Shown here: piece after piece, positions 52,393 through 64,000 of the stretch
Position numbering within the stretch: position 1 is the stretch's first letter
Layout of the letters: every line of letters starts with the position of its first letter
DNA from: the human T2T-CHM13v2.0 reference genome, Homo sapiens
Strand: one strand, 5' to 3'
NCBI RefSeq assembly: GCF_009914755.1
Contig: NC_060947.1
DNA length: 64,000 bases
Made by a program: the position numbers and the translations under genes
The notes under the pieces: generated by a model
The model's input: only the letters and a program-made list of their open reading frames with translations
The model's database searches: none
Told to the model about the DNA's origin: nothing

Positions 52393-53703
52393 CAGCATAC
52401 ATTTCTTAAGCAGAAAACAAAAGGCACTAATCATAAAGGAAAAAAATTAATAAATTAGGCCATCAATGTTAAGATGTCTCTTCTTCAAGAACTCTAAATG
52501 CTGACATTTAAGGATCTGCTTGCCTTACTGCCCAATCAGTTGATATTGAAGCTTATGTGTCTACAAGCCTTAAGACCCTTAACAGATGAACACAGAACAA
52601 ATGAACACGAATAGATGAACATGGAACAAATAAGAGATGTCACCAAGCATTTGTTGAAGGCTAAAATGACTGCGTAGTAGTCCAATGAGAAGTGAACCTA
52701 TGCACATCTTTCTCTGACATGAGCTAAGTCAGTTGGCCACACCTCTATCCACTTTCCGTCTTCTCTTATTTTTCTAAGGATAGCAATTCTAATTTTTGTG
52801 AGTTCTTATTTTCTGTTCATAGCCTTGTGTTTGTTTTCTCATATGTCCTTTTCTTTGTTTGTTTGTGTCTCTGTCACAATAAAGTCTTAAAAAAATCCCT
52901 TACTATTATTTTAAGGGGGCTTCAGGAGAGAGAGTGGATAAATGTCTGTGTGTATTCTTCCAAGCTTGGCCTACAGTCTTCAGGTCATTTGGGCGTAGAC
53001 TAAACCTTGAGAACACTAGGCTATATCCACCAATGTGATATTAACCAACAAGAGAGAATATGAGACTGATTCTTTTTTATGTCGTATTTAAATTTCTAGG
53101 ATCTATGTCTTGTGCGCTGATAGTTATTTTTATAGTATATTTTAAAAAAACTGTTAAAAAAATTTATTCTTACAGTTTGGGAATAATATTTTGTTCCATA
53201 TAGATTGATTTGTTCAATTAAAATTTATTTCTTGATTATGTTACACGTATAATTATATATGGAGAAAATGTGAAAAGGGATGCCAGGATTTGAGTAAAAG
53301 ATAAAGATTTATAATAAAAGCATATCTTTTACATAATTTTGGGGACCACTTTGAATCTTATTATGTGTTACATTTCTTCAATCATTCTAAATTTCATAAA
53401 GAATGTCAGTTTTTCTATGTCTATTTTAGATAAGTAATATGCATTACATTTTTTTTTTTAATTATAGAAGTAATACATGCTGATTGATAAAAAATCTTGC
53501 AATCTGTCAGTAAGACACACTGGTTTAATCTTTCACCTTTCACACATCATACTCTCCTCCAAAGGCACTATTTTAACTTTTTTAGTATGTGTTTTTTTTT
53601 TTTCTAAAAGTTATATGCATTTTTGAGCAAAGATCTATGGTATGATTTATAAACAAGTTTCAAAAATCCATCTATTACATTTTCAGGCCTTAGAATAATT
53701 TTC

Positions 53704-53723
53704 TTTACTTTCTTTGTTTTCTT

Positions 53724-53757
<34 letters not shown>

Positions 53758-54039
53758 ACAGCGTCTTGCTCTGTCACCCAGGCTGGAGTGCAGTGGTGCA
53801 GTCAGGCTCACCGCAACCTCAACGTCCCAGGCTCAAGTGATCCTCCAACTTCAGCCCCCCGAGTAGCTGGAACTACAGGCACATGCCACCATGCCAGGCT
53901 AATTTTTTATTTTTATATTTTGTAGACATGAGGTCTCACTACATTGCCCAGGCTGGCCTCCAACTCTTGATCTCAAGCAATCCTCCCTCATTGGCTTCCC
54001 AAAGTGATGGATTACAGGCATGAGCCACTGTGCCCAGCC
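53704..54039 (-). mobile_element. AluJ inserted in the TPMT retrocopy 3'UTR
   Basis: J-type sequence. TSD agaataattttc / agcataattttc lies within TPMT 3'UTR sequence. Confidence 0.9.
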
Positions 54040-54841
54040 TCAGCATAATTTTCAATTGCTCAAAATCATGGTAATGTTACTTGATTTTATTTATGTCTCA
54101 TTTACTTTTCTGTAAGTAGATCTATCTTTCCAAAAATGTAGTCAATTCCCCAACTTTTATGTTGTTCTTCAAAAGCATCAGCATTTCCAAGACAATAAAT
54201 ACTGCATATTGTACCAAATAACCTTTCAATTTAAGCATGTGGAACATAAAAATGGTGGGCTGCATGTTTTTACTTGAATCATAAGAAAGAACACACATGA
54301 GGTACTGAAACTGTTTTCTCAGGAGGAACAACATTATACTTGCAGAGCATTCACAATCCACCTGGATTAATGGTAACTAATGCTCCTCTATTCCAAATCC
54401 TGTCAAATTTGTCAATATTTGTTCTGGGAAGATAAAAAATGCTGCAACAGTACAACGAAATGTTCCCTGAAGAACTCTTATATATTTGGTTTCAGGAATT
54501 TTAGTGATTGGTTCTTCTGAGTAAGAAAGATTTGCTGTGTAAAAAATTCTTGTATCTCAAGTTCACTGATTTTCACACCAACTGCACTGTGTCCCTGGTC
54601 TGCAAACCATTTCATCTCAACTATTAATACTTTTCCATATAGAGGAAAAAACATCCTCAGTCCACTCTCACCTTTATGAAAAGTATCCAAATGCTTTAAT
54701 AAGCTTGTCTTGCCATGCTTCCAGACTTAGTACTTGGTGTTTCTGTACCTCAGTATCGGAATACTCTTCAATATCAAGTGAAGTTCTTGTATTATTCATA
54801 GTTTCAGTGGCATCTATCTCTCAAGCATATGTTTTCAATGC

Positions 54842-54954
54842 ATTTGTTGGTTTACTATAAAAGATATCACAAAGAATACAGTTAAAGAGATGTGTACGGC
54901 TAGGTGGGCATGCCACATTCCAGGAAGCTGCACGTGTTCAGCATCAGCAAGTTC
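54842..54954 (-). mobile_element. MER21 LTR fragment, apparently part of the TPMT cDNA
   Basis: Minus strand gctgaacacgtgcagcttcctgga...catctctttaactgtattctttgtgatatcttttatagtaaacc matches the remembered MER21 consensus. Confidence 0.75.
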
Positions 54955-55978
54955 ATAGAGTATCTTGTTCTTGATTCACAGATGCAGCATCTCTCATCTG
55001 TCTGAGGATATTATTTACCTATTTTGAACGTTTTATTGTTAGCTTTGGCTCTACGTTTTTCCTCTCCAAGTCTTCTGTTTATTTTGCCTTTTTTTTTTTA
55101 ATATATCAGAGGCCTTCTTCAAATATATGATGATATTTGGCTTCCCATTCATATTAAAATGAGGCACTACAAAGTGCATTAGTAGCTCTAAAGATGTTTT
55201 CAAACATGTTAGGACTCAAAAAGTGCCATCTATGCAGCACTGGGAAAGTGACTGGAGGACGTGGTCTACCAAAACAAGGGAGCAAATAGAGAAAAAGGAA
55301 GATTAAAGGAATAGGGAATCCAACACAGGATGATGGCAAAGGGAATATACAGGACAGCAGGTATGCAATAGGCCTGAAGAGAAACTAGCCCAAAGCAGAG
55401 CAAAGAGATAAAAGACTCCAAGAGGGAATACTTCTGGGAAAACAGGAATTGAGGAATTACCTGATATGTTTGCTCGTGTGGAAAATAGTATGGAAACAAT
55501 GACGGAATGTTTGGGTACAATTAGTAGTAGGTTCATTAAAATCTCAGAATATAAGGAAAAGAGTCAATTATTAATGCCTGGAAAAAGAAGAAATTATAAG
55601 AGAAAAGAAAAGCAATAACAGTATACTAGTCAGTTCAACTACAAACAAAATGTATATGGTCATACCAATGTAAACGCTGAGTTCAATTTTCCCTAAATTA
55701 TGATAGAACTATGTTGAGAGCATGGGGAGGGGAAGTTTAGGAGTGGAAGTGTAAGAGGTCTAAATCCTTATCTACTATCATAGGAAGTCAAAAGGTAGAA
55801 TTTAAGAGTAACTAATCACGAAATAGCAATATAAGCATATTGTTTAGAAAAGTGGAGGTAAATGCCAGTAGAGATAACTAAAACATTTGAAAGTTGTCTC
55901 CTTTGAGGAGCAAGTTTGGGAGTTTGGGAATAAATTGACCAAGAGAACTATTATTTACTGGTTGTCTTTTTAGCATTC

Positions 55979-56278
55979 TTTTTTTTTTTTTTTTGAGAAG
56001 GAGTCTCTCACTCTCTCACTCAGGCTGGAGTGCAGTGACTAGATCTCAACTCAATGCAACCTCTGCCTCCTGGGTTCAAGTGATTGTCCTGCTTCAGCCT
56101 CCCGAGTAACTGAAATTACAGGTGCCCGCCACCATGCCCAGCTAATTTTTTTGCATTTTTAGTAGAGACGAGGTTTCATCATGTTGGTCAGGCTGGTCAA
56201 ACCCCTGACCTCAGGTGATCCGCCCACCTTGGCCTCCCAAAGTGCTAGGATTACAGGTGTGATCCACTGTGCCTAGAC
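55979..56278 (-). mobile_element. AluSx-like
   Basis: Dimer with cctgacctcaggtgatcc. Confidence 0.9.
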
Positions 56279-57489
56279 CATTATTTGACTTTCTAAACTA
56301 TATTCACTTTCTACTTAAAAAAATAAATTTACTTGAAATTAAAATGCAGATTCATGGGCCCATCCCTGGAGATTTGTACTTACTTAGTAGGGGAAGAATC
56401 TGCATTTTAAATTAACTTCCCAAATTTGAGAAACAAATCAATGTAGTCCTTTTCTGTGCTTATTCTAAATATAATTTTTTCAAAGACACTTTTGGGGGTT
56501 TTAAATTTTTCTTCTAATTTTACTGTTCTCATTTCTTCCTTGGCTTCAAGCTTCTTGATAATGTATAAATAGGTATATATGTGCAATTTAAAAACATTTG
56601 TCCTTGAGTGTGTCTATTTTTCCTTCTTTTATGTGCCTCCTTTTATAACATAAGCTCATTTGAGAAGTCCCTATAAGGTCACATCATCTTTAGATTCATT
56701 CTCCTTCTATTTTACTTGGGGATTATTTTTAGTTGTATAGTGAAAATTTTATTTTTGAGAACTTCCCACTTCTTAATACAAGCTTCTCTACTAGGGTCTC
56801 AGTCCACAGGTTCATAACAACATTTTCTCTGAACTTAATTGCCTCAGATTACTTAGACATCAAGAGTTGCTTGATTTTAAATTTCTTGTCTTTGTCCTAA
56901 ATTTAGGAAATGCCTCTCAGTCTAATTCTTGCCTTATGATGCCACAGGACACAATAATGTAGTGTTTTACTGATTCTCTGGGGTGTTACAACTTTAAAGT
57001 TCTGACAAAGGAAAGTGCCCTCCAACAGGTTACTGTAGCCTAACCCATGACCTACATGCTGATTTCAAAAAAGAAATGCTAAATCAATCTAAAACATTCA
57101 TTTTAAATTGGAAGTAAAATATCTAGCTCAGAATTAAAGGAATTTACCTGAATATTTGGAAAAATATAAATCTTTTACTTAATGAATATTCTTTAAATTT
57201 CTACTATAAAATTCTCACTGATCATTGTTGGACACACAAAAAGAAACATTTCATGTCTATCTAGCTAAAGGAAAATATTACTTCTGATGATTCCTGTTGC
57301 TCTATTAATATTTTATTTGGTTAGTATATTTTATTATTTTTTGTAAATTCAAGATTCCTGTAATACAGATAAAGCAATGGGCACACATGAAATCAAGCTG
57401 AGAAAATGTACTTCTGATGTTTGAGGTATTTTTGTTTTAGTTTAATCAATTTGATCATTTTTTAATGCTAAATCATCTTAAACATAAAC

Positions 57490-57758
57490 TTTTTTTTTTT
57501 TGACAGTGTTTCACTCTATCACCCAGGATAGAGTGAAGTGGTGCAATCGTGACTCACTGCAACCTCCACCCAACGGGTTCAAGTGATTCTCCTGCCTCAG
57601 CCTCCCTAGTAGCTGGGACTATAGGTGCCCGTCACAACGCCCAGCTAACTTTTGTATTTTTAGTAGTATTTTTATTTTTAGTAGAGATGAGGTTTCTCCA
57701 TGTTGGCTATGCTGGCCTTGAACTCCTGACCTCAGGTGATCCACCTGCCTCAGCCTCC
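57490..57758 (-). mobile_element. AluS, 5'-truncated
   Basis: Right arm and most of the left arm; ends at ctcagcctcc. Confidence 0.85.
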
Positions 57759-59164
57759 TGTAATCCTAACGGCCACATTTTTTGTTTTCCTAATATTGAA
57801 ACAACTACATAATTTCTATCACATTATTCGTATACATTAAACCAATATTATATAATATGTATCTAAAGCATCAGCTGAATTGAATCTTTACCTTCCTATT
57901 ATTATGACACAGTAACATTACTGTGACATTTCTTGAATTCAAGTCTGATATTAAATTATGAAAGATCTAAACTTCAGAATTTTACTTTTGTTTCCTTTTC
58001 AAGCACAGATAGAGAAACTGTTATATCAAACACATTTTAATATGACCTCTATAACTTTTTAGAAGACATAGATTAATGAGATTTGGTTCCAGTGACTGTG
58101 GGAAATAAAAAGTGTTGCTAACCTGGAGACCCAGAGCTTACCCATTCATATTCGAGGGTTTTCCTTACCATCAACACCAAAAGAACTAGCTTAAGCCTCC
58201 CAGCAGTTCTTCAACTGGACAAACTGACTACATTGCCCATTTGGAGTGTTCAGTATCCACGGTGTATATTTTCATCCTGCTTCTGAGGAAAAAGTGAACC
58301 AATTCAAAACATTGTACATAATTCTTTGTACCTTAAAAGTCAGAAGAGATGATTTTTAAATAAATGCTATTTGACCCTAAATGGTAGTTCTTCATAAAAT
58401 TTGGACATTTACATGGAAGTTCCCATTGGCAGCCAGTAGGGCTGCATTTGATTCTTAAGACAATTCAACTAAAATTATGCAGTATTCCTGTGTTTCCTAC
58501 TTTAAACAATAGGTCACTTTCCAGACTAAAGTTACTATGTGTGTCACCCTGAAAGATGATAGTAGGGCACTGTTTAAAGAAAACCAACTTTCTAACTTCT
58601 ACACAGCTAACTGTACAGATATATTTAGCATAATTTATTTAATACCATATATCTGAAAGAATTCCAAAATATGTTGACCAAATGTTAACATTTTTTCTTT
58701 TAAAGCAATATTTATGTAGTCATGAATGTAGGGAAATAATTTGTGACAACATCTCAGGAATGTGTACACACAGAAACTTCTCAAGCCAAGAGCTACAGAT
58801 ATAAGCATATTCTATAAAACAGCAAATTGTTATTGAAAACAATTGGTAAGCTAATAAAAAAGAAATTTTATTTTAGCATAGAATTTCAGTAAGTTCAAGG
58901 TGCAGAGGAATACATAATCTGTATAGTTTACATTTTCATCCCAAAGTAAAACATTAACATGCTGGAAAACTGGAAGAAGTCTGATTTATTTGAAAACACA
59001 AAAATAATTATGTTCATTTATAGTCAAAAAATGGTGTGGCAGCTATATTGTGGACTAAAAGGTTCTTTCAGAATTTTATATTTATTTTATTATGTCTACT
59101 TTTTTTACTTTTCTAAATTTTGAGCAATATAGATTTCAAAAATAAAAGGATTGAATACTCTTAC

Positions 59165-59183
59165 TTGTCACTAGATGGCGGTA
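59165..59183 (+). promoter_or_regulatory. Candidate CTCF site
   Basis: ttgtcactagatggcggta matches the CCASYAGRKGGCRS core at all but the first position, in apparently non-repetitive DNA. Confidence 0.5.
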
Positions 59184-60558
59184 ACTCCAGGATGGGTCTC
59201 AGGAGGAAAAGCAGTAAAATGGAAATTTTTGCTTGTTTGCACCAAAGATAAAGATATGTAGTAACCTTGACTGAAATTTTGGTAGAGTTGGTAGAATGAG
59301 TATATTTGTGAGGAGTAGAGGACAGAGAGCTGTGCGTGTCTGACTTTTTCGTGTTGAGGACATGGTCCATTGCTTTCAAGAGAATTGAAATAAAATTAAA
59401 ACCAAATGAGGAATGAGAAAAAGGTAAACATGTTATACGATAAAACACAGAACATTTTCATTTTCACATATAGCCCTTATATACAGACATTTACTATTTA
59501 TAGTTCAAGCAGAATGATGTATGAGTCCTTGTTAATGGTGACTATAGCAGCTTTTGTTGATACAGAGCCATGACACATAATTTTAACGTGAGAGCAGGTC
59601 ACATCTTCCAAATGATGTTTTCTTTCTTTTCAGACATTTTTGACTCAAAATGCAACATTTGACTCTGTTTTAAGTTGAGAGATTGGATAAATTATTTGAA
59701 AATATACATCTTATGGAGTTTGAAATGAATTTTTGAGACACTGAGTAATGATGACTGGTATCAATGGAAATTTATACTTTGTATGAAAAGCCTTCTCAAG
59801 ACAATAGAGACCAGTGTGGTTGGCCAGAGTAAAGGCCTCATATTGAGAGACTTTAGTGAATAGCTTGGTGAGCCACAGTTCATTCTTAGAACAAAACTTT
59901 TCAGAAGTTAGCATCCGAACAGGATACAAACATCAGTTTACATGAAAGTTATTTGGTTCTTTCATCAACCATCAGTTATCAGTGAAAAATTACCTGTTGA
60001 AGCACTCAGATTTCTCTAGCTGTAAAATTACATTGAGACCTGACATCCTGACAGGTAGAAACAGTTGCATTGCTTCTATGTTCAAAGAAAAAAGAAGTGA
60101 TCAGGTTTCTTATTGGAGAAAATCAAAGGCTGATTAACCCTCACAGAGCAAGGTGAAACTTGTTGAAGGTCCTGAAAAAAGAAATACAATTTTGGACAGA
60201 GCAGAGCTTTGTATTCTTTTAAGCAACTGTTTTAGACAACTGCTGCTGTGTTTAAACCTGTCAGACTTTGCTATGAACTTGGAGAGAAGGGATGGAGATT
60301 CAAGTAGTGTTTTTTTTTTTTTTATTTGTTATTGTGAAGTTAGAAGTTAATGTTCTAGATGAACTGAAGGGCTCACTCCTACTTCTCATCACTCTCTCAC
60401 ACTCCTACTCTCCAGCCATATTTACTATTATTTCCATGTCTCAGCGTCAAAGGCCATCTTTGCCCCAACTTTCTACTCCTTTCACCTGGATAACTTCAAC
60501 TGATCCTTGATGGCTCAAGTGTCACCTATCTTGAGAAGCCTTCCCTGATTCTCCCTGT

Positions 60559-60697
60559 TAGGGTTGTCAGATTTAGCAAATTAGGATACAGGAAGCCCAG
60601 TTAAATTTGAATTTCAGGTCAGCAACGAACAATCTTTTGTATAAGTATATTCTAAATATTACATCTTGTATTTTTATTTGCTAAATGTGGCACCTTA
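60559..60697. mobile_element. MER53 palindromic hAT MITE, internally deleted
   Basis: tagggttgtcagatttagcaaat...atttgctaaatgtggcacctta inverted ends, plus cccagttaaatttgaatttcag. Confidence 0.82.
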
Positions 60698-61928
60698 CCT
60701 CAGTTAAGAACTTTTTTGTCACTTCCAAAATACAGTGTCTCATTGACCATATCAAATAATTCCATGTGAGAATGTCTTCATCATTGTTTGCTTTGTATAC
60801 TTACAAAATAAGTGAATATGACTTTCGTGAAAGGACTGATTACAAAATATAGTTAAATTAATACAAATTGGCTTTCAACATAAAATTCTCCAGTGTTTGA
60901 CTTTTTTTGACCCAATTACACTATATTTACATGTTTACTCTCTGAAAAAATGTGGTTGAGGAATAGCCTATCATTGCTAATTGATAAGTATTCATTGTTA
61001 TAAAGCAATGTAACAAAAGAGATTCATAATTTATTTCCACAGAAAGGAAGAGTTTATGTCTACATATTGTTACTCATAATTGACAGTGGATTAAAATGTA
61101 GTAATTGGAGGAAATATAAATGACTTTATTAGATCTTTTTGAAGATACTGCCATAATCACCAATCACTGAAAACATTTCCAGTAACTCCCTATTTTACTT
61201 AATAAGGGATAGCCTATTTTTAAAACATTAAAAACAGATGTTACTGCATTATTTGACTGCTGATGTATGTAGTAGAAATGACACACTAATTAATTTAGTG
61301 CAGTATAAATATTCAGATTTTTTATCATGGCTGACAATAAAGTTATAAAAAAAGAAAACATTCAATTACAATCAGTAGCAGTTAATTATTTATTGATTTT
61401 ACATTATGCACACATTAATACAATACTCAATTATGCAGAAGATGGGATCATTTTCATGTTGATATGCAGACATTTGAATTCATCCGTTTTATTTAAAAAC
61501 AAAAAAATTAAGTTTGAGTAAAAAGTGTTGATCCACACTGAAATACAATCCTCTTGGGATATTAATATCACACTGATTTGAAGTCCTCTTTAAAAGACTG
61601 CCTAAGAAATATGAGCTTTTGAGCAAAATTGCATTAATTTAAATATGCTGTTTAATTATATATTTCTGAGGTGGCCAGTCGTTTTTTACTTCCTAGAACT
61701 GCACAGCTTTCAGCACTTAATCACATACTCTGTACAATGCTGATGAATGTCTCATATGTAGTAGGAACGCAACAAATATTTGCTGTCTAATTGTTGATCC
61801 TGAAAAACAAGACATTTTTATCAGGGAAATGTATTCTCTGGGTTTCTGGGGAAGGTAAGGTCACCTCTGCTTACAGCAGTCAGTGAAACTTGAAGGCATA
61901 CTAAGTAACTAACTATTTTGGAAGATAG

Positions 61929-62231
<303 letters not shown>

Positions 62232-64000
62232 AAAGATAGCTTTTGATAAGCTGAGAGATAGAGAATTTTAGGCAGAGGGGATTCTAGGTAGAGAAACAGC
62301 ACACACAAAGGCTTGGAAATGCAGGATTAGAGGACATAGACTGTAATAGTTTGAGTCGAGTGGAGGTGATTTGTAGAACAGTAGTGAGAAGAAAATATGA
62401 TGATTCATTGGGTCAGGCCTGGGAGCAGGCTGGAGTAAGGATGTTGGTCTAGAAGCAGGATGTCAGTCTAGAAGCAGGATGTCTCAGAAAGAAAACACAT
62501 TCCTTAAGGTAGCATCACTACTTTAGATAATCATTCTTTCTGCCTTCCCATAGGCCCCACGTAGTGCCCTGGCTTGGTATCTGGCTCAACTCAGTATTGT
62601 ATAGATGAATCAATTTTTAAACACAAATCATTCTATTCAGTGTAGGTCAGTGGAGGTGACAAGGGACGTATTTCTTAAAATGTAAGACACTATTTCTCCT
62701 ACCTTGAAGGCTTCCACTAAACTGGATTTGATTTCAATAATATTAGGAAAGCCAAAGCTACAGTCAAATTGCTTTCAATAACATCATCCAAACTCCATAC
62801 CATAACCCATGGTTTTCTTTTCGGTTCTGAGAGGAAGTTATCTTCATAATCACTTTTAGAAAGAGAAAATGAATGGTCTAAGTGTAGGCAAAGAAGAAAT
62901 TAGCATTCTAGTTGGCAAAAGGAGGGGGCTCACTTTCTTATCTTTTTCTCTACTTGTTTTTGGGAGTATAAAATTCACCTAATTGTAAAGGTGCAAAGAT
63001 CAGCTTTCCATTATTTAAACCACCTTCTTTCTGGAGTCCTATTTCCTGTTAATTGTCCTACTTCGCTTACAATCTATTATAAATTACTATACCCAGAAAC
63101 ATGTGCTGTATATAATTTACAGAAAATTCTAGTGAAGAATATACTACAGTTTATGTAATTTATATATACCAGGCTCTCCTTGGCTTTCTAATCCACTCTC
63201 AATATTATCTGTTCTACTTCTTCAGCACCTGGGCAAGTTAAGACATTAAACAATATTCCATGTGCTACATTTAACTTTGAAATTTATTGAATATTGAATT
63301 CTTTTATGGACCAGGCATATGTATTGCTTTTTTGCGTCTTCAAATAGATTTATACACTTGATGGAGATGACTGGAATCTTGGAACTGGGTAGAGGAGAAG
63401 CAGAATTTTAGGCAAAAGCTCTCTCTGACAAATAATTCTCCTATCTCTATTGCCTATTTCGCTAGGGGTCTCCAGGGGGCTGTTGGGTTAAATTTGTTTG
63501 TGAGAACAAATAGTGGATAGGAACCGGGGAAAACTAATGTGTGGGTGGAATTTCAGAGACAAAATTGATCATTCTGTTATGTCTATAAAATCAGCACTAT
63601 GCTGGAATACAGACAGTGTGGAGTAGTACAGCACAAACTAAGGCTACCTGTTTATTTTCATGCATAGGATGAATTAAAACCAAGTAGTTGAAGGGTAGAT
63701 GAACAAGATGAGACCTAGTCAACAAGCAAGTGCTCAGGTGATGGATCTACGTAGGCCTCCTTTTTGATATAATGTGTTCCTGGAGAAGATATTTTAAAAA
63801 ATTCTTTACCATAAATTAAAAGCCAAGCAACATGTTTATTTTATCCTGAATATGTATGCAGTGATACTATCATGTCTTCTGATATCACTGGAAATCGTCG
63901 ATATGTGATAAAGAAGTAGGTAAGGAGTGAAGTTAAGTCCTTCTTCAATCATGAAGGTAAAGTTCCTCAAAATTTCTAATAGGAGAAGTCACTTGCGAGA

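Larger units (their letters stand above)
53142..54955 (-). pseudogene. TPMT: Processed pseudogene of TPMT (thiopurine S-methyltransferase); possibly the TPMTP4 locus or its ortholog
   Basis: Intronless. ATG at 54799 ([32 protein letters not shown]), [34 protein letters not shown], and ...YLLTEK stop at 54102-54104, with several frameshifts. 3'UTR homology runs to AATAAA at 53163-53168. Probable TSD tatagtatatt (53131-53141) / tagagtatctt (54956-54966). Confidence 0.95.

Noticed and set aside
52580-52632. Short ~14-bp tandem repeat (aacagatgaacac..); similarly the 19-bp duplication at 62438-62483 and the 15-bp duplication at 13056-13085
   Set aside because: Ordinary slippage duplications with no spacers, so not CRISPR-like.

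Overview
Primate (human or ape-like) genomic DNA, AT-rich and dominated by nested retroelements: L1PA, L1PB, L1MA and older L1s, THE1/MST LTR elements, about 15 Alus and several hAT MITEs. I found no intact protein-coding gene; nearly every listed ORF is an L1, Alu or LTR remnant. Two processed pseudogenes lie on the minus strand. One is a full-length STIP1 (HOP) retrocopy inserted with a 21-bp TSD into a THE1D LTR (9482-11609). The other is an old TPMT retrocopy (~53142-54955). From memory (unverified), this pair resembles human Xq21.2 STIP1P3/TPMTP4 between CHM and DACH2. The most interesting signal is that the TPMT retrocopy looks like a fossil of an unusual TPMT mRNA. A MER21 LTR fragment ends exactly at its GTAAGT donor and is joined to the first base of the first coding exon. 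A 45-nt in-frame segment from a cryptic AA|GTGGGT donor to the normal exon end is also missing. The window also carries several template-switch scars: a twin-primed L1, an Alu-anchored inverted duplication with a deletion (36.7-38.5 kb), and two fold-back hairpins inside old L1 ORF1s. Repeat subfamily calls and parent-gene comparisons rely on remembered consensus sequences, not on a database search.
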